Below, piece after piece: positions 42,101 through 49,281 of a DNA stretch of 64,000 nt. Under the pieces are notes generated by a model. That model made no database searches and was not told the DNA's origin. It saw nothing but the letters and a program-made list of their open reading frames with translations. Numbering within the stretch: position 1 is the first letter of the stretch; each line of letters begins with the position of its first letter. A program made the position numbers and the translations under genes. Source of the stretch: a virus; IMG/VR virus record IMGVR_UViG_3300044617_000226, positions 14,989 through 78,988 of that record; one strand, written 5' to 3'.

Positions 42101-45100
42101 TTATTTTGGAAAATAGATTGATATTGACCTCTGATATCTCCGATGTCTACACTTGTTGGATCAGTATTGAATGGGTTATTAGCGAGGTTGATAGGTATAG
42201 TGTAATATGCGTTCTCACTAGTCTCGTTGCTTAATATCAATACTTCAATAGGAGTATCGACATCTTCAGTCAACTTGATAGTGATGATAGTTTCTGTCGC
42301 AGTATTTTCTACAGTATAATCTGTGCCTAAAGTTAATATATTATTATTATTGAATACTTGCAAACTAGGCCAAGTAGTATCTTCTACACTTGCTTGAGGA
42401 ATATCGACTACAACTGTATAATCTATGCTTTCATCAGCATTCAATATTAATGGAGGATTATTGGCTGTATAATCAAATTGGAATACTTGATATTGGCCGC
42501 TTTGTGCTACGGCAGTCTGCCAGCCGGTTAATCTTGTATATTCAGTTCTTGAACTATAATCATAAACGAAACCATTCTTAACATCGCTAGTGATTGAATT
42601 ACCACCGGTCACATAATCAAATTGTTGTGTATATAATGATATTTCAAAACTTATATCACCCACATTGTTGATAGAACTATAACTGATAGGGAAACCTAAT
42701 ACGCTATCACTTATACCAACACCTAATTTATAATTGAATAATTTGCAACCATCAAATGTAGTTGATGGATATACAGAATTATTTCCATAACTAATTCCGT
42801 TTTCATCGAACAAGTCAAATCTTGGTGCTTGGTTTACAGTAGTCTTTTGCTGTGCCTCAGCAAAATCGTTTACTGTACCTGAATAGTATTCGCCGTTAAA
42901 GTATACTACTAGACCTTCAAAATTAAATCCATTTTTAACTGAGAACTGATCATCTATTAATACTGGGCTATCCACAGCTTCAGTCAATGTGATTACCGGA
43001 AAACTTGCTGCACCGGTATTATTGAACTCAGCGACATATATTTTGTTTCTTACATTTAAGTTAGTATCTTTTGCGAAAACAACTCTTGCTCCCGGGAACA
43101 ATTGCAAATCTGCATTATCTCTTGGGTTCGCTATAAAAGAAACATTTGCGCTTGATGATACTGAATCGCTAGGTATAGGCCAATATACAGTCATCTCAAA
43201 GTTAGGACTGGTATCTTGGATAGATAGTATTCTTGTGCCTGTTGGTAATACACTAGCGGCATCGATCTTTACATCGTTGATCCATAACCCTTGACTAAAT
43301 GTACCTGAAACAATATCGGCAGCAGGGATAGTCACTGTTGTAGTAGTCTTTTGTAGTACTTGACCAGTACCTTGAGTTGCTAGGCCTGTACCATATACAG
43401 TTAATGTTGTTCCTAAACCTATAGGCCAATTTGCAGTAAATGTATCACCTACTTGAGGTGCATCACCGGGATAGTCCGCTATCCATCCTATATTTGTCCA
43501 TAATGTGTTGCCTACTTCTGCGATAGTATATTGATAACCATATACGAAAGTATTTTGAGTGTAGCCTTGACCTGTTGCTTTAAACAATAACTTGAATGCT
43601 TCGCCGTCGCCGACAGTATCACCTGTTGGTGCGCCGCAAGTGAATATCTCGTCTACAACATAAGGGCTATACCCTACTGCTGTATATCTTTTAACTTTAC
43701 CTGTTCCCCCTGCAGGGCCGGTCGCTTGGAATCTAACGCCGGGAGCAGGAGTAGTAAAGCATCCAGCAGATGTCCAATCTGTGCTGCCTACGATCAATAT
43801 CTCATACCATACTCCGGCAACGATCTCATCACTGAATATATTGTTAGTACCGGCTATAATGCTCCAGTCATCTTGTGTTGTAGTGCCTAGATTATAGATT
43901 ACATATTCAGTGCCGGTTAAAAAGTTACCATCAACATCTAATTCTGCGCCTAGATTTAACCAAGTATCTTTTTGTGTATTTCCTAGACTATCAATCTGAT
44001 AATATTGATCTTGTAATATACCTGATAGACCTATAGATGCTGAGTTTGAATTTACTGTGCCTGTATATTCAGTATATGTCTGAACATCAGGGTAATAAGT
44101 CTGCTGACCTTCTACGAAATCGAAAGCATTCTCAGTTCTATTATCTAAGAAATCGATGTTATCTTTACCGATTATACCATTGTTGAATAATCTTAAGTTA
44201 GGATAAAATTCAATGATAGGTCTTTTTGCTTTATTTTCAGGCAATGCTAAATCAGTCGCTATTTGCGGATTATTATTATAATCTGCGGTCGCATTGATGA
44301 CATCAATATGGAACCAGCGATTACTTCTTGACCATGCATTTTTATTGATACTATTTCTTGCTATAGTGATATAGTCAGGTGTTGTAGGAATATTCAAGCC
44401 TTCATCATAAGGACCAATATCATAGTTCAATATGTCATATGGGCTTGCTGCCTGAGTAGTGAATGGTTCTGGCACATTCAATGATTCTACTGGAATCAAT
44501 TCAATCGCGGTGCCTACACCTTCTACATAATATTCACCTTGCAAGTAACTTACAGGTATCACATCACCGTCAAATTCAACTTTTAAACCATTAGTGAATA
44601 CTACACCATTTTTACTTGTATAATTCTTTTTACCTAATATGTCATTGTTGACATCAATAGTATTTGTTTCGTTGTTTTCAATTAACTGTATAGTGCCAAC
44701 TCTATTAGCATTAGTACCGTCTTGATAATACAAGGTATCTAGTACTGCTGATATATAAGGAACCTGTGTGATAACACCGGCTGCTGATTTGTAGAAATTC
44801 AATCCAGCGTAATCATTACCATATAACACAGTTATTTTTTGTTCTGTCGGTATCAATCCCGCCGGGGTGATGAATGAGAGCAATCCTCCGAACACTCGTA
44901 TAGTAAAGAAATAATCACTGACTTTATAATCTATACCGCCTATAGTTACAACTTCATCGGGATCTCCTGTGTTATAGAACATCACTGTTCTTAAGTTAAG
45001 GAAGGTTACTCCATCGATACCGTCACCTACAGGTTGACCAATCAGTTCACTATATGGTTTAGTGCTGACTAAACCTACAGTATTGTTCCCTGGAAAATTG

Positions 45101-45843
45101 TATTCGTCTTGCGCATCTTTTTCGGGAACAGTAAATGTCACTACCCCTTGGCTTGCGCCGTTATTAGTGACCCCGAACACATCTCTTACATATAGATTTT
45201 CTTGAGTGGCGCTATAACCGCTTAATCCTGGTTCACCTTGTATCCAAAATTGACTATCTTGATCTACTATAAAGTTATATGTACCGCCACGCAATAATAC
45301 AAGATTAGGATTGTTTGTAGCCTCTGCACTACCTAAGGCCTTGATGCTGTATGAACTGGCTTCAGGCGTGACTATGAAATCATCAGTGTTATAAACTGTT
45401 GATGCTGACACACTTACTGCGGGAGGTCCTGTTGGAATCCAGTAGTACTGGTTGTAATTAATGATCTTATCAAGATCAGTGAAACTATCCCAACTATAAA
45501 ACTGGCTAGAAAATAGATTGGTGTTGTTAGTTGTTATAGAACCTTGCTGTTGTAAAGCGTCTAGTATTCCTGGATAACTTATGAAATCTTTAGCAGTAGT
45601 CTCATTTTCTTTGACAAAGACTACACCAGGATCTAACTGATAATCGCGTCTGACTTTGTTTGGTTCTGTTACATAATAATCTTTGGCATCTACGCCATAA
45701 CCAACTTTACTTCCTATGAAACCTTGTATCTTTTTAGTGACTGGTGGATTGACCAATTGGTCAAGAGTCGCGCCCAAGAACTGACTATTTGTTTCAGTCT
45801 GGAATATCTGCGGTAAAAACTCAAGTGTTCTTATTCTAGTCAT
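27193..45843 (-). CDS. 6216-aa mosaic baseplate wedge/fibre protein (FG-GAP propeller, Asp-box propeller, many small beta-domain repeats)
   Basis: Single open frame directly after gp6-like. The N-terminus (LEFLPQIFQT...FLGATLDQL) and internal KPYH motif are wedge-like. Repeat motifs are visible in the translation. Confidence 0.85.
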   Translation of the reverse strand: MTRIRTLEFLPQIFQTETNSQFLGATLDQLVNPPVTKKIQGFIGSKVGYGVDAKDYYVTEPNKVRRDYQLDPGVVFVKENETTAKDFISYPGILDALQQQGSITTNNTNLFSSQFYSWDSFTDLDKIINYNQYYWIPTGPPAVSVSASTVYNTDDFIVTPEASSYSIKALGSAEATNNPNLVLLRGGTYNFIVDQDSQFWIQGEPGLSGYSATQENLYVRDVFGVTNNGASQGVVTFTVPEKDAQDEYNFPGNNTVGLVSTKPYSELIGQPVGDGIDGVTFLNLRTVMFYNTGDPDEVVTIGGIDYKVSDYFFTIRVFGGLLSFITPAGLIPTEQKITVLYGNDYAGLNFYKSAAGVITQVPYISAVLDTLYYQDGTNANRVGTIQLIENNETNTIDVNNDILGKKNYTSKNGVVFTNGLKVEFDGDVIPVSYLQGEYYVEGVGTAIELIPVESLNVPEPFTTQAASPYDILNYDIGPYDEGLNIPTTPDYITIARNSINKNAWSRSNRWFHIDVINATADYNNNPQIATDLALPENKAKRPIIEFYPNLRLFNNGIIGKDNIDFLDNRTENAFDFVEGQQTYYPDVQTYTEYTGTVNSNSASIGLSGILQDQYYQIDSLGNTQKDTWLNLGAELDVDGNFLTGTEYVIYNLGTTTQDDWSIIAGTNNIFSDEIVAGVWYEILIVGSTDWTSAGCFTTPAPGVRFQATGPAGGTGKVKRYTAVGYSPYVVDEIFTCGAPTGDTVGDGEAFKLLFKATGQGYTQNTFVYGYQYTIAEVGNTLWTNIGWIADYPGDAPQVGDTFTANWPIGLGTTLTVYGTGLATQGTGQVLQKTTTTVTIPAADIVSGTFSQGLWINDVKIDAASVLPTGTRILSIQDTSPNFEMTVYWPIPSDSVSSSANVSFIANPRDNADLQLFPGARVVFAKDTNLNVRNKIYVAEFNNTGAASFPVITLTEAVDSPVLIDDQFSVKNGFNFEGLVVYFNGEYYSGTVNDFAEAQQKTTVNQAPRFDLFDENGISYGNNSVYPSTTFDGCKLFNYKLGVGISDSVLGFPISYSSINNVGDISFEISLYTQQFDYVTGGNSITSDVKNGFVYDYSSRTEYTRLTGWQTAVAQSGQYQVFQFDYTANNPPLILNADESIDYTVVVDIPQASVEDTTWPSLQVFNNNNILTLGTDYTVENTATETIITIKLTEDVDTPIEVLILSNETSENAYYTIPINLANNPFNTDPTSVDIGDIRGQYQSIFQNNPDTTGPVFGPNNFRDLGNLVPWGTAIIQNSASLVLPGAFLRDPQYNLSDALLFNSREYIKFKNLLVDTVNQIAADQKFDPAMLLDEAIDIITSVKNQEQPFFWSDMIPSKAPFATNSYNFANQAEVSNFPLSKIYDFTTANYDGVLVYLSRKINGVSVIKQLLRGTEYVVSTDSPSVRVNVFLQANDSIIVKEYNQTYGSYIPNTPSKLGLYPLYTPKVLIDDTYSEPTYFIQGHDGSYNKLYGEYSEVYGMPLDFRDQALLEYETRVYNNIKLSRSLPIDLALTTPGYFRTNTLSYVEYTEIYSKNFLDWVGQNRLDYKTQLYRSTDEYTYNYRESTLKLDNSLVLQGNWRGIYQYVYDTSTPNLTPWAMIGYAIQPDWWVDRYGPAPWTNQNLILWNDLQDGIDYNGGNPVVRPLYARPGLLNIIPVDDQGNLKAPLETLIANYNQLTFKRDWIVGDDAPVEFSYRKSSTYPFDLMRLQSLLKPADFYNLGVDLDNYKYDAEFNQFLVNGRTHLVPNQIQIYGNGTAKTSYINWIVDYTKQLGINATDNITKLLNNLDVRLVHRLAGFSDKALLKFFVEKGTPGSNNSSLMIPDESYQVLLYENQPSFKLVYSGVVVQKTTNGYSVFGNSQNSAYFRTLRPIISGPKDKITVQDLTVQVAIDHYQSEILVPYGTTYYTINDVCQFLIDYGAWLTSRGAIFDDQIQDVVINWNQMAAEFLYWTQIGFTSGSVITLNPSAKKLSIDKENYIVQPLTYNQTNFVLNNNLYPIQNKDLCIERDSTYFSIKPLNEGDAIGYGQFNLSNIEHGIVFQNETLFNDVIYNLVSGLRQSRIFVRGTKSAEWNGTVFASGFIYNQDNIQEWTGDLKYTKGEIVKYKNKYFTALEIIQPNPKFNQNQWKVTDYDEIQKGLLPNSSTRSFESALYYNSDSANLETDADLLSFSLIGFRPREYMASADLTDITQVNVYKNLIKEKGTLNSVKAFKGANLPQGGIDYDVYENWAILQGTFGGTLNDNFIEFKLNESQLTGNPGIIGLTNGNDVPDAQQLVPLYSLYNYGRPITTPYILPTLALDTPNRVYPNAGYVNIDDVKMSAYFYSNLPTAVDKNGIVVPLGNLYVNDFIWIADYQSNWQVLTPTSVGQVLQVRSNLNGTCTVTFKEEHNLSQYDIFAIINFDTAVNGYFVANTIINPRQILITLSLPGSTKILTGQGIGLKFGTQRVEQPGDVNSLPLTDTEFVKNKVWVDTNTDGSWAVYLKSINYLYDNEYYQPSSINFGNAVAYDSDVGYLFADSGEGDVYRYSLDVITNEYTNTETLSGSASFGTAVIHQDNLYVISQPTTSPKVEIYTLNNTTVSDELELYQLISASSESATSGSTNFGSSLALSGDLNWLYISDYNETTPVARNKVHVYRRRNVETNAGSFVSGATYQITSLGSNPQFTSIGAVSNEVGIYFRATGVGSGTGSATQCDYQYMTTINGPSTVVDKFGHSISTNHYGTTLVVGAPNVDEGALANYGNSYIYDRLVQNIEINQAYDEDTPATFTLIWSPNPLLPLTVTKNGILVDTSLYSVSGTTFTYSGEFDYGDILTIGGNEFVLVQTLTNEQTPRIGVQFGYSLDANNFGTEILVGAPFYLSATNAEGAVFRYTCGGARFGTVIGVEEVDVTATRQILINGFLVTIPAGNATVAATAINTANVPNIIASAQENRLVITLANQNLANINQELLVSTNNPVTLTELGLKLYTQTQIISCPHPVGASQFGTTVKFNEFNSVAVSAPVGDRYTLTTFDFVDDNINDNDTIFDNNSTQFTDVFDNAGAVYIFDYLGNYNESLNNIGSYTYGQSVNAKNLVYGAQPTYGYALDWNEDRIVIGAPGFRPTVIDGQVVTYINNVGEQNWTVFRQTSPVVDIDRVENLQIFDAETNNTLINLDYIDPLQGKILGAVRQNIDYISNIDPAGYNNTNAVAPNLVWGADQVGKIWFDTTNIRFLNYHQNDNEYNARYWGQLFPGSDVAVCTWVASTVPPTAYQGPGIPKDISRFTVQTALNSNNTVVPVYYFWARNTGVIASNKNLADINIANYISNPQGSGISYLATLSTNIFAIYNCKPFINANSSVLHVGFTTGQENNPAHQQFDLIRSNFADDFLPGVPGSFGITQPESLYDRFLDSFSGVDESGNSVPDPFLPKAVQSGVLARPRQTFFYDRFAALKNYLQYANSIMEQYPIAEIRSFDFLFESGTYYDTADYWEYVNWWAVGFDNNTRSVLQVPVYADLSTLNVAAGTIVTVSKNGLGLSETYIYDGDNVWTRIGLENGTIRFKSELYDYDAGGFGFGGTFYDTDSYDVFPSQPTRWIIRSLNEQIYTDELLIHRNKSLILMFEYIQEETIENQNYLPWLNKTSLVDVSHKIRELKPLQNFISDNQEFLSGYVNETKPYHVVIKEFLFDYTGGDVYPGTITDFDVPAEYDTNIDKFVSPQLVYNNADTEYEFLPDSPIWKTEKYKEWFNNYGLSLTGQPDYLMGELLSYVTLVSNSIIVDNAQGYPINGTIKINDELISYASVNRATGELSGLTRGINQTTVAVHLPGTNVYMDLPPVIVLDGGKNYANPPRALAIIDTSIYPEPRVQAQLEVTMSLDKVSTINIINPGEGYAVTPDIVIEEAATYTFASGNVNIETNTITLDAPTFVTGDMVRYVEGTTNIGNLADNEYYYINVLDSSPVTIIALYDSYLDAIEDKNRVEYSSQGSGTQSFKVGARALAVTSSSPVRENNITIKFDRTSYDTQITDWAPNSFYASEFVGYYQDSSGSSMLMSSTQPDINNILSSAGGTVFPIISVSNNPTTITTSDSAGVVWSGFERRVASTGPLGIELAVEPSISNPSGSTLGMTVNMPVKFSSASGGLSANTVYYVSSITSLTRFFVSATPDGAPLVLGPSGPADMKCYTAKVTNAARITTAYPGIRTVTGTNSSNNTVIVPLNPIGTGGATGLYLNAPVVFTGDVFGGIEENKIYYVVSVLSAESFTISENTDSTYIRVTATDAFGNIGVETTNGLEVGDAIVFDTMYVDNIAVTSFGGISPKTIYYVKEIGVNNTITISTTPGGAVFTTTTQTAGSGNYCFITSQSQVVDLSAASGSMIVNISLPVSPGQVNGQKFTFYPSSNNYADITGSKLIYGNLATKTIEQTLVDNTVAITGNTSQLYNGFSFTVSDNIGELETNNTYYAYDVGKIPFVCTLSTDSIVTFDATFNGNVMSVSNISGGNLYPGSVFTGTEIEDNTYILSGPGGNGDYIINKPYLPSTLGTDLAADNGIVTLSSDYNTDNIYVGMPFTFTGGLVFGGLELDTDYYVRHIINGSTFTISEQKNQGALNLVTGAGSLTAKGSASFKVYQNMGDLVFNKDYQIKQVGTGNWDDVGSTLVNAGSFVIGNTYIINSLGNTDFTAIGAEANEIDVIFVATGIGSGTGDAYVANFTCNNVAQTGTGQATVILNDESGNVTMTQEIIADPIFDIGYVLGGYNVLIGSGGLGFTQNNTITILGNDLGGTSPTNDLTLTVSRINPIVPGAYSWSLPVTSDGAITKLITEGTPIGETAEYYLKVINANTLEVYNDPLFQVPVSGDDFTYNGYTLTTSSSTTSGNAIVVTSTAGFSVNDPVVFTGTTLPTEIEMGVVYYVKTVDTPLLNTITITTNPGGAPLTIISGQLTNMTVARAGSFMTLPEPFYFDPSIVRYNNRVYICVVSNNDPTFVFGKWEELNAGDRRLNALDRAEGWYAPSINMPGRDLTQLFTGLVYPNTTYKGNEFNPDEQYPLDTQLINQSFNATNVNIPAITFDGTNYVAPANLPNYSGVIADIEIQNDWSLFKLADETLSITDIVKQDNNYVMTSSNSAIPLFTSDDQMTWRTDSFYIPFGTSANLIDFFKIKMISANQAFKAVTYHNGLWIAVNPNIVTSTDLVNWQARLPAVVSTNSLNDVSYVTASGFNGFITVGSTATGGIIYRSLDGLNWNQVSGTFNRAYNAVTSAFGRIYAVGNQIISYSTNGTTWTDITETGIVYNDVYFANGVLVLAGNNGVVKRSSDGLNFTTVTTGVTENLNSVIYVQEKNEYTIVGDNNTVLQTGDIASTPVYWSNTNVFQERQSEYVVQGDPFMFGYGPEEMVPGIVSDQLVMTVNTRPGTNWPASEYAHVGYKVVSLELDLETSNEYDFSSATQTPAQINVFLLIDGLSVTLYENNDYTVNWYNKTVTLINPLTSGQQLRIDVYEIGNGDQLVKSNTDNDPIEINTTTGFDEISLDCNYTNLDYNGGGIVQVDTDGVFYTEPAVFYNGQKLVPGLANYVIATSAVNNSVTVFSTVGLASDQRVTFSDTIFGDITPLTSYYIDQVLSPTTFTIKDQFGNPVTLTGATGTAVFVTQDYAAMPADNQINAKIVFADHYDPETDYISYSFFGETQPVQYGYAVPQTQQFLGNGTVGPYTLVNNLEGDNPQNAIVEVNGERRSPTEYNVNYTTSTLVFNSLAPSISDTIAVTTYNDTERQYLFTNEYTGQQVSPISYVNNVVIPATVTTSIPHNLSDNDVVRIEGVQGSVQLNGQMFTINVLGPNEFALYEYIADVPYTASVPLTDVNTYVSGGYVSLHQSYVLYNKTATASDSEFITVGKVTGLVEGTPVYFTEDGIDLGKPTNIPQIIAGQKYYIKQVVEIDSLDDKFSISETRNGVTKTLSVQSGLNIKVTQWEQTNVDRLWVTVNGKRVASSNLKLHDANEVCILTEVLPGDDVIITSMMPSSTPDQQTYLQIVNVAGQADVYRANTETRTWLREAVGEYSTSIKVGDASKLTNTVTQESVTPAQEYGYHKVPLIANRLDLIQVTVYNDTKGQYIDQDYLILSSSGQGAFVSIQAGIWIETGDNLTITSLEGKLLYVNGEYMQILNVDEEANIISVQRGVLGSIISPNIPIYTTVFGLLEYNKMTESNYISVWNPIPGIYNETQGDPLQIADTAGARFLKVDVT

Positions 45844-45844
45844 T

Positions 45845-48800
45845 TTATGCTACTTGCAATTGGTCTGGTGTTAAAGCTGCGATAACTCTAATGTCATTCG
45901 CTGTTGCCGCGTTTACAAAAATCTCAAATGGTTTACATTTGATCTCATATAATGTGCCGAATGGTTCTGTTGGATCGTTAGGTACTAATACAGCACTACT
46001 GATGATATCACCTAATTGATTGTGTAGATAGGCGCTGAGTTCACTAAAGAAGAATGTATCGCCGAAATTCCAATTATTGATATCAAAATAATTATTCATG
46101 GCTGTCAATACCGCACTCTTAATGTCACTGTCACTGGCAGTAGTATCGCTGGTCTTGATGACTTTGATAGTACCACGCAATGCGCTTTGTGCTTTAGGAC
46201 CAAATAATGGTTTAAACACTACACTATTTAATACCACAGAATCACTCAACATTTTGTAATCTTGCAATTGTCCATACTCTGCATTCAACTCATTGATAGT
46301 TGGTCTGCTTGGCATAGGCACAGTGTTTGCAGTGTCTTGAATATAATTTTGATATGCGGTATAATATGCCTGTGTCACTACATACAAATCGATTATGTTT
46401 GTAGTCGATGGATCTATTCGTGTAGTGTTGTTACTATTATGTCTATATAGGTAACTCAAGCCTTGTCTACCTGGCTTGACCGAATAATTAGTCTGTTCTA
46501 CAAGAGTGTAACTTGTTTGTGTTACTGTAGCATCTTGAACTGACTTATAGAATTTATTATCTGTCGTAGCATAGTACAATTGTCCGACAGGATAATCATA
46601 CTTGATCACTTCGATTTGACTCTTGATGGCATATGAATATATGATATCGGTGCTAGGAACTATCTGCTCTCTAGTTAGATTTACTGCATCTTGTATAGTT
46701 TCAAAGAACACATATTTACCAGTATTTGCTGATCCCGGAACTACTCCTGTTATCTCAGTAAAGAAATCAGGATTCACAACAAGCAAATTATTGTTTACAT
46801 CTGTGCTTGCTACTTCAACTTCAAAATCATTTACATAACCGTCACTTTGTGTTGTTTGACCAATGATGTTTACTGGTATGTCATTGCCCAATGCAGTAGC
46901 ACTATTTGGTTGAGTGTTTATACCCAATACATTAATGAAGTCTTGTAAAATCTTACCAGAGAATGGATCGTATACAAGTTCGTTCAATGCATATGTAAAG
47001 CGTGTCTCATCTACGCTACCAAAATAATAACGCAATGAACGGAACTGTACCACATATGTATTGTCTGCTATATTATTAAAATATACGAACCAGTCACTAT
47101 CTTGCCCCAACTCGATAGACCAGCGACCATTGTCGATTCTGCTATTGTTATATACCAAACTAAAATCTTGTTGTAACTCTATTCTTAATATGGCTTCTTG
47201 TATGATGCTAACAGGTAAACTGTTATCCCAAGCAGGTATCACGCTATTGAGTACTGAACCGTCAGGCACATAACCATTTAGTGTCACAGGACCTACTCCA
47301 TTACTGAAGTTACCTTGACCAGTATTGCTACCATCACCTGATACATTTAATACAGTAGTCCATATATAAGATTTATTTGTGGCGCTTGCTGTAGTAGTCA
47401 ATCTATTATTCTGATCGAAACTATAACCTATAGGTGCTACAAATTTACACAAAGCACCCTTAGAGATATACTTTCTGTTGCTATCTGTATTTGCGCCTAG
47501 CATAACAGGAGTTTCGATAGTATTATCTAAAATATAGAAATAACCATTGACGCTATTTCCATTTACATTACTAGTATTGAAATAAGTGACATTAGTTCCT
47601 GATGGGAAACTATAGCGTTTATACCAAGTCTGTGAAGAATCTGCGGTAGCGTTTATATAATATTGTATAGTTCTGTTGTCAGATAATATAGCAGCCAGAG
47701 TTTCTGTAAAGAATGATATGACGCTACTTGAGTTTAAAACATTTAAGTTTACTGACCCAGGAGTATCATCTTCCCATAATCCACCGTCATTGCCTAGATT
47801 ATTGATGCTACTATATTTGCCAGTTGGATCTAATAGATCAAGGTTCTTGCTGACACCTATACTTGAGCGATTTACTGCTTTTGATTTGATGATTGATGAA
47901 TATAATGTGAATGGGAAGTTATTATAATCTTCACCATTTACCATTCTATTCTGTGTATAATATCTTGTAGGTGCTCTTTGCTTTATGCTAGCGATACTTT
48001 CACGCGCCTGACCATTACTTACAGGCTGTGTCAAAGATAGACCTAAAGTCAAAGTCTCTGATCTACCTGTGCGGCTGATGTAAGTGAACGCCACGCTTAT
48101 ACCTTGCATCTCATTGATGTCAATAGTATATGTCAAGCCATTACTTGCACGAACATATGCTCTGAAAGTACCTACTGGGATATTGCTGAATACGCCATCT
48201 CCAAACACATATGTTACTTGATCGTTGAATCGTGAGTTGACGCTAAAAATATTCTTTTTGCTTGTCTCAGTTTGTAGATATGCGTCGGCATAAACATTAT
48301 CGACCTTTTCCCAAACTAATCTACTGTTGTTATTGAGATTCAATTGATATAACCAAGTATCTGTATTATTGATACCTTCGATATCAATATTCACAGCCTG
48401 GTTGCTAATCTGCTGTTCTAATACAAAATCATAATTATTCAATATACCTTGCTTGAAGTATACGAAATATCCTGTGTTACTACTAGCAAAACCCAACTTA
48501 TCATTCTTATATAAGAAATTAAATTTACCTGTTGGTGCAGGTGGAATCTCATATAGATAGTCCTCATCAACACTAGTCACGCTGACAAGTTCAAAATTCA
48601 TAGTCGTGCCATCTACTGTGCTAGTGAATGGTACGATAGGTAAACTTCCGTCCGGTATCTGCATACTATATTCAGCAGTAGTGACTCCTAATATATCAGA
48701 AACATTGCTAGGGCGACCTATTCTCTGAGAACTGATTAATGTAGCATTTAAAATAGTGTTGAACTGTTCGAACCAGTTAGCATTAGCAGGGTCATTCCAT

Positions 48801-49228
48801 AATATAGGAACATTGCTTAGATTGACCCCATTGAAATCTGTGATATCCTGACTAGTCTGTATGCTAGTGATCTTCAGTGTGCCCTCAGCACATATATTTC
48901 TTTTAGGTGTATAACTGACAAGATTGGCTAACTTGATCACGCTATCACGGCGTTCGGCAGTGTCTATAAAGTTTTCACGCGCATTCAAGTCATTTCTAAA
49001 AGCAAGACCTTGACCCATGAACGCCATGACATCAAGCAATGCGATGAATTCTGACGATTCGATGTAGTCGTTATAAGTTTCGGGATAGTAGACACGCAGG
49101 TAGTCGATGAAACTCTTGCGTAGTGTCTCGTAGTCGTAACTTCGGAAGTCTACTTCACGGAATGTTTGGTAGATTGCTTTCCAATCGTTGACCCCGAATA
49201 ATGCTGCCTGTCTTGAACTTTTAGCCAT
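45845..49228 (-). CDS. gp6: Baseplate wedge subunit, T4 gp6-like
   Basis: DYETLRKSFIDYL...ENFIDTAERRDSVIKLANLVSYTPKR; FGDGVFSNIP; ESIASIKQRAP...QNRMVNGEDY. Confidence 0.85.
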   Translation of the reverse strand: MAKSSRQAALFGVNDWKAIYQTFREVDFRSYDYETLRKSFIDYLRVYYPETYNDYIESSEFIALLDVMAFMGQGLAFRNDLNARENFIDTAERRDSVIKLANLVSYTPKRNICAEGTLKITSIQTSQDITDFNGVNLSNVPILWNDPANANWFEQFNTILNATLISSQRIGRPSNVSDILGVTTAEYSMQIPDGSLPIVPFTSTVDGTTMNFELVSVTSVDEDYLYEIPPAPTGKFNFLYKNDKLGFASSNTGYFVYFKQGILNNYDFVLEQQISNQAVNIDIEGINNTDTWLYQLNLNNNSRLVWEKVDNVYADAYLQTETSKKNIFSVNSRFNDQVTYVFGDGVFSNIPVGTFRAYVRASNGLTYTIDINEMQGISVAFTYISRTGRSETLTLGLSLTQPVSNGQARESIASIKQRAPTRYYTQNRMVNGEDYNNFPFTLYSSIIKSKAVNRSSIGVSKNLDLLDPTGKYSSINNLGNDGGLWEDDTPGSVNLNVLNSSSVISFFTETLAAILSDNRTIQYYINATADSSQTWYKRYSFPSGTNVTYFNTSNVNGNSVNGYFYILDNTIETPVMLGANTDSNRKYISKGALCKFVAPIGYSFDQNNRLTTTASATNKSYIWTTVLNVSGDGSNTGQGNFSNGVGPVTLNGYVPDGSVLNSVIPAWDNSLPVSIIQEAILRIELQQDFSLVYNNSRIDNGRWSIELGQDSDWFVYFNNIADNTYVVQFRSLRYYFGSVDETRFTYALNELVYDPFSGKILQDFINVLGINTQPNSATALGNDIPVNIIGQTTQSDGYVNDFEVEVASTDVNNNLLVVNPDFFTEITGVVPGSANTGKYVFFETIQDAVNLTREQIVPSTDIIYSYAIKSQIEVIKYDYPVGQLYYATTDNKFYKSVQDATVTQTSYTLVEQTNYSVKPGRQGLSYLYRHNSNNTTRIDPSTTNIIDLYVVTQAYYTAYQNYIQDTANTVPMPSRPTINELNAEYGQLQDYKMLSDSVVLNSVVFKPLFGPKAQSALRGTIKVIKTSDTTASDSDIKSAVLTAMNNYFDINNWNFGDTFFFSELSAYLHNQLGDIISSAVLVPNDPTEPFGTLYEIKCKPFEIFVNAATANDIRVIAALTPDQLQVA

Positions 49229-49247
49229 AATTACTCTCTGATTTGAT

Positions 49248-49255
49248 TATTTATC
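49248..49255 (-). promoter_or_regulatory. Late promoter-like GATAAATA inside an 8-bp inverted repeat
   Basis: gatttgat-tattt-atcaaatc (49240-49260), upstream of the gp6-like start. Confidence 0.65.
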
Positions 49256-49281
49256 AAATCCTAAAACCGTGGTTTTTAAGA

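Noticed and set aside
27193-45843. Intein or intron in the giant gene
   Set aside because: No splice-junction (C...HN) or LAGLIDADG/HNH motifs noticed; the length is explained by structural repeats.
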